64,000 bases of DNA from the NCBI GenBank assembly GCA_963723525.1, contig CAVRRI010000027.1:79807-143806 (forward strand). Direction: 5' to 3'. The position numbers were made by a program, and so were the translations under genes. This DNA is from an uncultured Alphaproteobacteria bacterium. GTDB lineage: Bacteria > Pseudomonadota > Alphaproteobacteria > Rhizobiales > Beijerinckiaceae. Below the pieces are notes generated by a model that saw only the letters and a program-made list of their open reading frames with translations, did not search any database and had not been told where the DNA came from. Shown piece after piece: positions 10,984 to 20,770 of this stretch (within the stretch, counting starts at the first letter, position 1; each line of letters starts with the position of its first letter).

Positions 10984-11682
10984 ATGACTAAGTTGCCGAG
11001 AGTCGCAATGATCAGCGGAGCCTCGCGCGGAATCGGAGCCGCAGTTGCAAGGCGCCTTTTCGATAGCGGGTGGGCGGTCAGCCTTGGCATGCGGGATCCT
11101 GTCTCGTCGCCACTGCAGGAAAACAAGAATGTCCTCGTCTGCCGGTTCGATGCGCTTGATCCGGACAGCGAACGCGCCTGGGTCGAAGCTACGGTGGACC
11201 GATTCGGCCGGCTCGACGGGCTCGTGCACAATGCTGGGATCGCCTTCAAGAAAAGCGTGCTCGAGGCGGACGACCCCGAGTTCGACCAGATATTCGCCGT
11301 GAACGTGAAATCGCCCATGCGCGTGACGCAGCACGCATGGCGGCATCTCATTATTTCGCAAGGCAAAATCATCGTTATGGCATCGCTCTCAGGCAAGCGC
11401 GTCAAGTCGGCGGGCATGGGCCTTTACGCAATGTCCAAATTCGCTGCGGTGGGGCTGGCGCACGCGTTGCGCCAGTGCGGTAAAGACGTCGGCGTGCGCG
11501 CAACGGCTATTTGCCCCAGCTTTGTCGCCACGGAGATGGCGGCGTCGCTCGGGACGACGGAACCGAGCGAGCTGACTCAACCCGATGATCTGGCGAAGAT
11601 TGTGCACCTGGTGCTGGAACTGCCAAAGACGGCGAGCATAGCGGAAATCCCCGTGCATTGGGCGGTCGAGGATTGCTTCTGA
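10984..11682 (+). CDS. Short-chain dehydrogenase/reductase (Mas1/MoaE-like)
   Basis: SGASRGIG, HNAG and YAMSK catalytic motif; CPSFVATEM. Confidence 0.88.
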   Translation: MTKLPRVAMISGASRGIGAAVARRLFDSGWAVSLGMRDPVSSPLQENKNVLVCRFDALDPDSERAWVEATVDRFGRLDGLVHNAGIAFKKSVLEADDPEFDQIFAVNVKSPMRVTQHAWRHLIISQGKIIVMASLSGKRVKSAGMGLYAMSKFAAVGLAHALRQCGKDVGVRATAICPSFVATEMAASLGTTEPSELTQPDDLAKIVHLVLELPKTASIAEIPVHWAVEDCF

Positions 11683-11709
11683 TATGCCCGCCGATATCCC
11701 GTCCTCGAA

Positions 11710-11865
11710 TCCCGATTTCGCCTCTCGAAAGCCTGCCCGGCCTGACAGTTCGGACTGGCTTCTCGGGCCACGGCGTTGGGATCGGAGAAAATGCTAGCGG
11801 ATCTGGCGACGGGGACGCACCCTCGTCCGACCCGCACCCGTTCCGCTTCTCGTGCTTTATCCAAC
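11710..11865 (+). pseudogene. C-terminal relic of a DAO-family oxidoreductase
   Basis: ISPLESLPGLTVRTGFSGHGVGIG / KMLADLATG / DPHPFRFSCF parallels ISAVDALPGFFIVSGLSGHGFGFG..LMADLVTG..DPTPFRYTRF of the 6256..7575 gene; no N-terminus present. Confidence 0.75.
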
Positions 11866-11904
11866 GCGATTGGCTCGATCTCCAGCGCTACCTCTGAAAG
11901 CAGC

Positions 11905-12891
11905 TCAGACGAAGGGAAGGATGGTCCCGATCCCTTCGCCCTCCGCATTCTTCAGGACGCGCAAAGCGATCGCGATGTCGAAGAGGTTGAGGCCGAAGCT
12001 GGAGAAAAATACCGAGGCGCCGGGTGGGGGGCGCCAGCCCTCGACCACCAAGCCGGTAAGATCGGCCGCTACCCGGGCGGGCACGAACCGGCCGGCGCGG
12101 TACATCTGGAACAGGCTCTTTGCGCTGCTATCGGCGAAATCGCCCCAGAAATCGACCGCGACGCAATCCGACGCGTCGATCGCCTCGAATGCGACCTCGT
12201 GATAGCCCACCTGAACGATGAGGCGGCCGGGGTGTACGGCTGAAGCGTCGAGCAGCGGCTCCGGCGAAGAGGTACAGCAGAGCACGACCTCCGCTCCGTC
12301 GACCGCGGCGTCCGGCAGGTCGTGAGCGGAAACCGAAACATCGTCGCGTGCCCTGACATTCGCCAGCATAATATCGCGGCGCTCTCGGCTGCGGTTCCAC
12401 ACCCGGATTACCTTCGGCGATGCAAATAGCGTCTGCAGCATGTCCAAATGTGCACTCGCCTGTGCGCCAGCGCCAAGAATGGCCGCCGTGACCGGTGGTG
12501 CGGGAAGCAGCGTCTCGATGGCGGTCGCTGAGACCGCCGCCGTGCGCATGCGCGTCAGCAGCGCGCTCTCGACGATGCCCAATGGGCGGCCATCGCTCAG
12601 CCGATTGATGAGGGTGGTGCTGGTGATGCTTGGCAAATCGCCCTGCGGCATGGCCCGGTGCACCGCCCATTTCAGCCCGGCGGCATCATAATCGCCCGCG
12701 ATATAGGCAGGCAGCCCATAGGCGTTGTCTCGCGGGTCAGATCCCATCGGCAGAACGCTTTCGGCGATCATTCCGGCGTGGCCTTCGTGAAGCAGTGCGG
12801 TCGCGGCGCGCACATCGGCCAGCGCGCATTTCCAGTCGCCCGCTCCCGCCGCTAATGCCTCCACCCGCGAGAGATAGCGCAGCGTAATCAT
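11905..12891 (-). CDS. Ornithine cyclodeaminase/mu-crystallin family enzyme (SbnB-like)
   Basis: Intact 328 aa; LPAYIAG..AAGLKW, LTRMRTAAVS, GAGAQA, SFGLNLFD. Confidence 0.88.
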   Translation of the reverse strand: MITLRYLSRVEALAAGAGDWKCALADVRAATALLHEGHAGMIAESVLPMGSDPRDNAYGLPAYIAGDYDAAGLKWAVHRAMPQGDLPSITSTTLINRLSDGRPLGIVESALLTRMRTAAVSATAIETLLPAPPVTAAILGAGAQASAHLDMLQTLFASPKVIRVWNRSRERRDIMLANVRARDDVSVSAHDLPDAAVDGAEVVLCCTSSPEPLLDASAVHPGRLIVQVGYHEVAFEAIDASDCVAVDFWGDFADSSAKSLFQMYRAGRFVPARVAADLTGLVVEGWRPPPGASVFFSSFGLNLFDIAIALRVLKNAEGEGIGTILPFV

Positions 12892-14264
12892 TGTCGAGCA
12901 ATTCTACGGGAAACGGCTATGTCATTGCCCATCGCTTCGAGCCAAGCTGAAATCGAGCGAAGAAAACGTTCGAAGCCTTCTAGCGTCATGAATTCATTGA
13001 CGCCGTGCGCGTTGCCGCCGCGCCCTGCGCCTCCGAGCAGGAACGATTCCGCGTGGCGCGCAAAGGCATAGCCCGGTGCCGCCCCAATTGCCCACGGCCA
13101 GATCTGCGGCAGCCTCGACGTCGCGGCATACGCGGCAAGCAACGCGTCCACGCCGGCGGAATTTCGAGGGAAACGCTGGCCCGGGTAAGAATCTGCGACA
13201 GAAACAGCCACGCCACGGAGGCCGAGTTCGGCCAGCCGCCGCCGGTAGGCCTCGACATGATCAGCTGGATCGAGAGATGGCGGGCAGCGCAGCTCAAAGC
13301 CGGCTTGCGCCGCTGAGGGGATGATCGCGTCGCCCACAGCCGGCTCGGTCGAAAGGCTCGAGATATTCACCGATGCAGTGGTGAGCACGTGGTTTAGCAA
13401 CGCCTGGGCGTCACCTTGCACCGCGTACTTGTAGGCATGCCGGAAGCGCAGTTCTGCCTGGGGATCGAAGTTGGCGGCGAGCGCCTCGACGACTTCCCGG
13501 GCCTCTGAATCAAGCGCGATGGTTTGCAGCGCACCGACCGGCGGGCGGCCGAAGTGTGCCAACGCCTCGACCAGCCGACTGGCGGGATTGGCAATCCAGG
13601 GCGCATTGCTCGAATGGATCGGCGCGCGGGGCCCGCCCCAGGAGCCGCCCTCTACTCGCACCGTGCCCTTGGCGATACCCGAGAAGCCGAGATAGAGGCG
13701 TGGCGGCCCTCCTCCGTACTCGCAGAAGGATGGGAACAGCCCACTCCTACTTCGTCGCACCGGGCAGGCTCTGTCGAGTAGATAGTCGCGTAGCGCGCCG
13801 CTACCGCTTTCCTCCTCACCTTCGACTAGAATTTCGACATTGACGTTTAACCTACCGGCATCGGCGAGCTCTTTCAGCACGCACAGCATGCCAGCGAGCG
13901 GCCCCTTGTTGTTCTCCGCGCCGCGGGCGACGAAGCTCGGGCCGATGCCGTCGAGATCGATGATGTCCCCTCCGAACGGGTCGGCCACCCAGCCAGCCGG
14001 ATCAGCAGGCATGACGTCGTACATATTGTAAAGGATGACCGTGTCCTCTGACCCGACATCTAGCCGAGCGTGGATCACCGGTGGCCGGCCGCGATCCGAC
14101 CGGGAGGACACGAGCTCGGCTCGGAGCTCCCGCACTAGCCAGTCGGCGACGCTGCGCGCCTGTTCACCAATCGCAGCATTATCTCCGGGCACCGACGGGT
14201 TGCGGCACCATCGCCACGTTAGGGCAAGGGCCTCGGATGCGAGTTCGGAGAGGCCGTCGCTCAA
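12888..14264 (-). CDS. M20/M25/M40 metallo-hydrolase, dipeptidase-like, with altered metal ligands
   Basis: YNMYDVMP, ARGAENNKGP, EGEEESGS, HSS, NAHGVNE. Confidence 0.85.
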   Translation of the reverse strand: MSDGLSELASEALALTWRWCRNPSVPGDNAAIGEQARSVADWLVRELRAELVSSRSDRGRPPVIHARLDVGSEDTVILYNMYDVMPADPAGWVADPFGGDIIDLDGIGPSFVARGAENNKGPLAGMLCVLKELADAGRLNVNVEILVEGEEESGSGALRDYLLDRACPVRRSRSGLFPSFCEYGGGPPRLYLGFSGIAKGTVRVEGGSWGGPRAPIHSSNAPWIANPASRLVEALAHFGRPPVGALQTIALDSEAREVVEALAANFDPQAELRFRHAYKYAVQGDAQALLNHVLTTASVNISSLSTEPAVGDAIIPSAAQAGFELRCPPSLDPADHVEAYRRRLAELGLRGVAVSVADSYPGQRFPRNSAGVDALLAAYAATSRLPQIWPWAIGAAPGYAFARHAESFLLGGAGRGGNAHGVNEFMTLEGFERFLRSISAWLEAMGNDIAVSRRIARQ

Positions 14265-15181
14265 AGCCTAATCCTCGGATTGAGCCAGACATAGGCGATG
14301 TCGACCAGGAAGTTGACCACCACAAAGACGAAAGCGGCGAAGAGTACGACCGCTTGGACGACGGGGAAGTCGCGATTCTGAATTGACTCAACCGCCAAGC
14401 GCCCGATGCCGGGCCAAGCGAAGACAATCTCGGTCACCAGCGCGCCGCCGAGCAAGGAGGCGAAGTACATGCCCTGCACTGTAATCACTGGAATGAGCGC
14501 GTTGCGTAGCGCGTGATGCACCACTACGCGCCAATTGGATACGCCCTTTGCGCGCGCTGTACGGATGTAGTTCTCCCCGAGCACTTCGATCAGGCTCGCC
14601 CGTACTAAACGGGTGATAGCGCTGAGATAATAGGCGCCGAGCGCGATGGATGGCAGGATGAGCTGCTTTGCCGTACCTATGCCACTGCTCGGCAGCCATC
14701 TCAGCTTTAGCGAAAACACGATAATTAGGATGAGCGCCAGCCAGAACACTGGGATTGCCTGGCCGAGCAGCGAGATCACCCGTATTGCGAAGTCGATCGG
14801 GCTGTTCTTGCGCACAGCCGCGATGGTGCCGAGCAGGAATCCGAGCAACGAACTCCACAACAACGCCACACAGGCAAGCAGCGCCGTCGCCGGCAGGCGT
14901 TCAAATAAGAGGTCGTGCGCCGGGCGTTGGAACCGCAGCGAAATGCCGAGTTCGCCGCTGAGCGCACCACCAAGGAACCGGCCATATTGCACCCAGACCG
15001 GATCGTTGAAGCCCATCTTTTCACGAAATGCGTCGATCTCCACGCGCGTAGCGTCGGGCGGCATCATCAGCGCAGCCGGATCGCCCGTCAAGAATAGCGC
15101 AAAAAAGACGATGAGCGATACTCCGAACATTACAGCGATGCCCTGTAGGGCGCGGCCAGCGACGAAGGACAGCGCTTTCAC
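14261..15181 (-). CDS. Opp/Dpp ABC permease B
   Basis: GDPA..., YIRTARAKG, HALRNALIPVIT, EIVFAWPGIG, RDFPVVQ. Confidence 0.92.
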   Translation of the reverse strand: MKALSFVAGRALQGIAVMFGVSLIVFFALFLTGDPAALMMPPDATRVEIDAFREKMGFNDPVWVQYGRFLGGALSGELGISLRFQRPAHDLLFERLPATALLACVALLWSSLLGFLLGTIAAVRKNSPIDFAIRVISLLGQAIPVFWLALILIIVFSLKLRWLPSSGIGTAKQLILPSIALGAYYLSAITRLVRASLIEVLGENYIRTARAKGVSNWRVVVHHALRNALIPVITVQGMYFASLLGGALVTEIVFAWPGIGRLAVESIQNRDFPVVQAVVLFAAFVFVVVNFLVDIAYVWLNPRIRL

Positions 15182-15184
15182 GAA

Positions 15185-16030
15185 TTAGGCATTCCTGCTG
15201 TCGGCGCGGCGGACAAGCCAGTCGCCAAGGAGATTACAGCCTATGACCAATGCGCCGATGACAAGCCCTGGATAGAGCACCAACCAGTTGGCCAGCAGGA
15301 TAAAGGCCCTGCCCTCACCGATCAGGTTGCCTAGCGTCGGCGTCGGCGGCTGCACACCGAGGCCGAGAAAGCCGACCGACGCTTCTAGAATGATCAGACG
15401 CGGAAGGTCGAGCGTCAACAGCACTGTCTGCGGTCCGATTATGTTCGGCAGCACGTGGCGGAAAATAATGGCGAAGTTGGAGAGCCCGATAGCACGGGAC
15501 GCGTCGATATATTCCAGCTCCCGGATCTCCAGGGTCTTGGCGCGGGCGACGCGGGCGAAGATCGCCCAGCCGGTGACGCCAAGCACCACGATCAGATTGC
15601 CCATACTCGGACCGACCACCGCCACAATGAGCAGGATGAGCAGGATAAACGGGATGGCGAGCTGAACGTCGACCGCGCGCATGATGACGATCTCGAACCA
15701 GCCGCCGAAATAACCGGCGATCATTCCAAGCGCCGTGCCGAGAAAAACCGAGATCGCCGCCGCGACGATGACGATGCCGAGTGAGATCCGCGTTCCAAGC
15801 GCCAGCCTGGCGAGAAGGTCCCGCCCTAGCTGGTCGGTGCCGAGGGGGTGCAGTTGCTCCCCCACGGTGGTGAGCGGCGGCCGGAATGTCGCCGTTAGCA
15901 GACCGCGGATCGGATTGACCGGCCACAGTAGCGGCACGAGCACGCAGATCGCGCCGACAGTCGCGAGGAACGTGACCGCCAGGATGGCATCCGCATTCTG
16001 CCTGACAATCCAGATCCGCGTCATCTTCAC
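15185..16030 (-). CDS. Opp/Dpp ABC permease C
   Basis: HPLGTDQLGRDLL, YIDASRAIG, RHVLPN, FLGLGVQPP. Confidence 0.92.
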   Translation of the reverse strand: MKMTRIWIVRQNADAILAVTFLATVGAICVLVPLLWPVNPIRGLLTATFRPPLTTVGEQLHPLGTDQLGRDLLARLALGTRISLGIVIVAAAISVFLGTALGMIAGYFGGWFEIVIMRAVDVQLAIPFILLILLIVAVVGPSMGNLIVVLGVTGWAIFARVARAKTLEIRELEYIDASRAIGLSNFAIIFRHVLPNIIGPQTVLLTLDLPRLIILEASVGFLGLGVQPPTPTLGNLIGEGRAFILLANWLVLYPGLVIGALVIGCNLLGDWLVRRADSRNA

Positions 16031-17514
16031 CGCATAGTCATGTCAAAGACCGGAATGCGCGCGTCGGGACGGCCCTCGAATCCGACCTTCTTGCTTTTCC
16101 CGTACAGCGAGTCCTCCTGGTAAAGGGTGATCAGCGGTACCTCCTCGGCGGCGAGCTTTTGGATGTTGTCCAACACCACCTTGCGGGCCTCTGGATCAAC
16201 AATCTGCCGGCTTGCGTCGAGCAGCTTATCCAGCTGGGGAATCGACGCGGTTGAATAGGGCTCGCCGGTCTTCATGATGGCATAGATTGCTGCGTCCGAA
16301 TCAAGCGTCTGAGTCGAGCCCCATCCGAGCATGAAGATCGGCCCCTGACGTGGCACCTGCTGCACATAGACGGACCAGTCGAGCACTTCCTGCTTGACCT
16401 TTACGCCGATATCGCCGAACTGCTGCGCTATCGCTTGAGCTACCTCGACGTCCTTCATGTAGCGACGGGTTGACTGCATTTTGATCGAGAAGCCGTCCGG
16501 CAGGCCGGCTTCGGCGAGCAGCTTCTTGGCCCTGGCCGGATCATAATTCGGCGCGGGGATGTCGACATAGCCAAAATCGGCCGGCCCCACCTGAGTACCC
16601 CTTACGGTTGCCATGCCCTGCAGGATGTTGTCGACGATCGACTTGCGATCAATCGCTATATTCAGCGCCTGCCGCACCTTAACGTTATCAAGCGGCTTCT
16701 CGTTCATCACTAGCCCGAGATAGATAGTGAGGCCGCCATTCTTGACCTGGACCAGATCAGCGTCCGGAGCTTGAGGTGATCATCGGCGCCAGGTCGACGG
16801 GTACGTTCTCGATTAGGTCGACCTCGCCCGTGACGAGTGCGGTGAGCCGCGCCGTACCGTCCGGGATCGCGCGCCAAGTCACTTTCCTGATCGAGGGCGC
16901 GCCGCGCCAATAGTCGGGATTGGCTTCGAGGATCACGTGCTGGTCGGGGATGAATTCGATGAACTTGTAGGGACCTGTGCCGACCGGTTTCGTTGCAAAG
17001 GTGTTATTGCCGACTGCCGCCACATATTTCGGCGGCACGATGTAGGCCGGGTAGCGGCTCATACGGGTCGGCAGGAGTGGGTCCGGTCCGGCAGTTTTGA
17101 TGCGGACCGTGAAGGGGTCGACTACCTCGACGCTCTCGACGGTGCGGATGTAGGAGAGTGTCGGGGATTTGGCGTTCGGATCGAGAATTCGATCGACGGT
17201 GAACTTCACCGCGTCAGCCTTGAATTCTTCACCGTTATGGAATTTGACACCTTGAGCGAAGCTTGAACTCCCAGGTGGTGTCGTTGATCGCTGCCCAAGA
17301 CTCTGCAAGACCGGGGACGAGCTGCATGTTCTTGTCACGCATGACGAGCGTGTCGAAGATATTGTCGACGATGGTCGCAGCCTCCCGAAGGAAGCCCGGG
17401 TCCATCGCTGTGGTCGACACCTGCCGGGCAATGGTGAGCGCCTTTTCCTGGGCGGCGGCCGGAATTCGGCAGCAGCATGGCTGCCATGAGTGAGAGTGCG
17501 AGGAATCTTCGCAT
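16027..17514 (-). CDS. ABC peptide substrate-binding protein (SBP family 5) with Sec signal; split by indels
   Basis: MRRFLALSLMAAMLL..AAAQEK signal; GVKFHNGEEFKADAVKFT, PVGTGPYKF, YDPARAKKLLAEAG. Confidence 0.88.
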
Positions 17515-17594
17515 GGCTGTGACGCTTTCTCCGTTTGTTGCTGGTCCTTCACGTTGCCGGTGAGTGCGAGCATTTAAGGCCTTTCAGTCGGAGA

Positions 17595-17610
17595 ATGATA
17601 TATGATATAT
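17595..17610. promoter_or_regulatory. Putative GntR operator ATGATATATGATATAT (copy 2)
   Basis: Lies in the divergent promoter between the SBP(-) and GntR(+) genes; identical to 8990-9005. Confidence 0.7.
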
Positions 17611-17677
17611 CGGAAACCTACAAGCGTAGGCGCAGGACAAGCGTAGGCGCATAGGCGCTTTGGCAGTCGAAGTGAAG

Positions 17678-18417
17678 ATGCATCCGAGGAGATCCGTGAA
17701 GCTATTTAACGCGGTGCCGCGCAAGAGTCTGGTCGCCCATGTCGAAGACGAACTTCGTGCTGCACTGATCGAAGGGCGGCTGGAGCCAGGAACGCGGCTG
17801 GTAACCAGGGAGCTCGCCGATTCACTTGAAATGAGCATCACGCCAGTGCGAGAAGCTCTTGTCCGGTTCGCCGCATCCGGCGTGCTCGCCGCCGAGCCGG
17901 CGCAATCCTTTCGGGTCCCGATGCTCACCGCTATGCAATACGCCGAGATCTCCGAGGTGCGTAAGGCGGTGGAGGGGCTTGCTGCCGCCAAGGCAGCAAC
18001 TCGCATAGCCTCCGCCGAGATCGCGCGGATGGAAACGCTGCTCAGCGAATATCTCGCCGCGAAGAGCGCTGGTGATCCGCACCTCGCGCTCAAGAAGAAC
18101 AAGGAGTTCCGCTTCGTGCTCTACGAGGCGGCGAAGATGCCGACGCTTCTCGCCGTCATCGAGATGCTGTGGCTGAAGGCAGGGCCAGGGATTCAACTAT
18201 CTCTACCCGGAGGAGCGCAAGGGCTTGTCGGAGCACCACAACTATGGACGACCTTCTGGCGGCGCTGCGCAGCCGCTCGGCGGAGGCCGCGCGCGCGGCG
18301 ATCGAGCATGCGATTGATGACGGAGCAAAGCGCGTGATTGCGGCACTCTCCCTGCGCTCGGAAGCGAAGGCGGCGGAAGAGACGCAGGTCTCAACCCGCA
18401 GTGAAGCGCCGCGTTAA
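17678..18417 (+). CDS. GntR-family (FCD, McbR-like) transcriptional regulator; start uncertain; indels near the C-terminus
   Basis: GRLEPGTRLVTRELADSLEMSITPVREAL winged HTH; NKEFRF..MPTLLAVIEMLW; C-terminus [18 protein letters not shown] in the 18169..18417 frame. Confidence 0.9.
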
Positions 18418-20714
18418 TGCAGGACTCGGGCTCTTATCGCGCTTCGTACCGGCGGCTCAAAGATCCGCAGTCCGGGCGCCTCTCCCTCGAAACGCTTGAT
18501 CTCGACGAGGCAGGACTGCGCCGTGCAGCCCTGCCCAAGCTCGGATGTGCCGATATCGCGGGTGAGCACATTCGGATTGGAATTGCGGTCGGCCGCGCCG
18601 TCCGGGTCGTAAGTTGCTCCGGTCGGCAGCAGTGCGACGCCGCGCACCAGACCGGCATCGAGGCCGGCGACGGCCAGACAGGCGCCCCGCGAATTGAAGA
18701 GTGCGTACGAGGTCCCCGTCCGAAATGCCGCGCGCCTTTGCGTCGTCCGGATGCATGGTCACGATCTCGCGACCACCGCGCTTCTGCGAGCGACTAATGC
18801 TGCTCCAGTCCATCTGTCCGTGCAGACGGCGCGCGGGCTGCGGCGTCAGAAGATGGACTGGGAACTCTTCGACAAGCGGGCTGCCTAGCCACTCCTCCGG
18901 GTCGAGCCAGGCTGGGTGCCCAGGCTGCGCGGGATCGCCGAAACCGGCCACCGCGTTGCTGTAGATCTCAATTTTTCCGGAGGGAGTGTTGAGCGGGTTC
19001 GCCACCGGGTCGTCGCGGAACTCCGACAATCATCACATGATCCTTGCTAGGCGCCTCAACGCGGAGATACCCCTGCTCCCAGAATTCATCAAAGGAAGGG
19101 ACGGCCATGCCGCGCCGGGCGAGCGCGCCCGAGATTTCCGCCCAGGCATGCGCAGCCAGTCGTCCTCGCTGCGGCCTTCCGTGAAAGCATCTCCCGCGCC
19201 CAGACGCTCGGCAAGCGCGGCGAAGATCGCAATAGTCGTTGCGCGCCTCGCCGACAGGCTCGAGCAGTTTGTGCATTGCCAGAAGATACGGATCCCTCGA
19301 GGCACCCGCCGATGTCGTTGCGTTCCAGCGCCGTCGTCGCGGGGAGGACGATGTCAGCGTGACGGGCCGTCGCGGTCCAGTAGCATTCGTTGACGATTAC
19401 CGTTGCCGGCCGCCGAAAAGCCTGGCGCAGCCGGTTGAGGTCTTGATGATGATGGAACGGATTGCCGCCCGCCCAATAGACCAGCCGAATATCGGGATAG
19501 GTGATCGGGCGACCGTCGAAGCGGACCGTCTCGCCCGGGTTGAGCAGGAGGTCGGCGACTCGCGCCACCGGGATCGCGATGTCAACCGGATTAATGCCGA
19601 TCGGCAGGCCATAGAGCGGCGTGTCGGGGCGCGGATTTCCCATGCCGTTTGACGAACCATAGCCGAAGGCGAAGCCTCCGCCTGGCAAGCCGATCTGGCC
19701 GAGAATTGCCGCCAGCGCGATAATCGCCCAATAAGGCTGCTCGCCGTGTCGGGCGCGCTGTAGGCTCCAATTGGCCGCCACCAGTACGCGCTTGCCCGGC
19801 AAGCGAGGCAGCAACCTCACGGATCTTTTCGGCGCGAATGCCAGTGATTCGGGAAGCCCATTCCGGCGTCTTCGCGATCCCGTCCGACTTCCCGAATAGA
19901 TAGTCGACGGTACCGCCCGAATCCTTCGCAGTGACTGTCGAGAAAAGGCTGGGCATGCTTCCGAGCCAAGATGATCTCGTAGGCGAGTGCAAGTAGCAGC
20001 GCCGTATCGGTATTCGGGCGGATGGGAAGCCATTCTGCGGCGTACCCTGCCGCGATATCGCCCTTGAATGGCGAGATATTGAGCACGCGCACACTGCTTG
20101 TAACGTCCTGCATGAAATCCCTGAAGCGGTGCTGGCCGAAGCCGCCCGACAGGACCTCCCAATTCTTCTTGGGAATGCCGCCGAAGGCGAGCATGATGTC
20201 GGTGTGATCGCGGATCGTCTCGAACGAGGTCGTCGCCGAGCCCACCGCATCCGGCACTCCGAGGATGCGCGGCAGGAAGGCCATTGCCGCGCCATAACTG
20301 TAGTTAGTCACCTGGTCCGTAAAGCCGCCGATAGAATTGAAGAAGCGCCGCACGAGGGTGCGCGCGTGGTGCAGGCGGCCGGCGCTCGACCAGCCATAGG
20401 AGCCGGCGAACAGCGACGCATTGCCGAACTCGCCGCGTAATCGGCCGATCTCGCCCGCCGCCATGTCGAGCGCCTCGTCCCAGCCAACTTCGACGAATGT
20501 GTCCTCGCCTCGCTCGACGCCGTCATCGCGCCTCAGCCAGCCGCGGCGGACCGAAGGTTTGGCAACGCGCAGTGGCGAGGTCACCATCTCGGGCCAGACG
20601 GAGATCAGGTCACTGGGCTCCGGATCGTGCTCGAACGGCGCGACCCTCACGAGTCGGCCGTTCGCTACTTCCGCCCTGAACGCGCCCCAATGGGACAAGG
20701 ATCGCAGGATGCAT
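18414..20714 (-). CDS. DMSO-reductase-family molybdoenzyme, cytoplasmic BisC-type S-/N-oxide reductase; several indels
   Basis: SHWGAF N-terminus with no Tat signal; GSYGWSSAGRLH, NYSYGAA (Ser Mo ligand), WAGGNPFHHHQD, TPSGKIEI, RLHGQ, NPNVLTRDIGTSELGQG. Confidence 0.88.
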
Positions 20715-20770
20715 CAGTTGGCCTTTCCGAAGAGCTTGCCGCAGATGATCGTGAAAAGCGAAACGGCGCA

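Noticed and set aside
18414-20714. Respiratory TorA/DorA
   Set aside because: No Tat signal and no cytochrome or chaperone genes nearby
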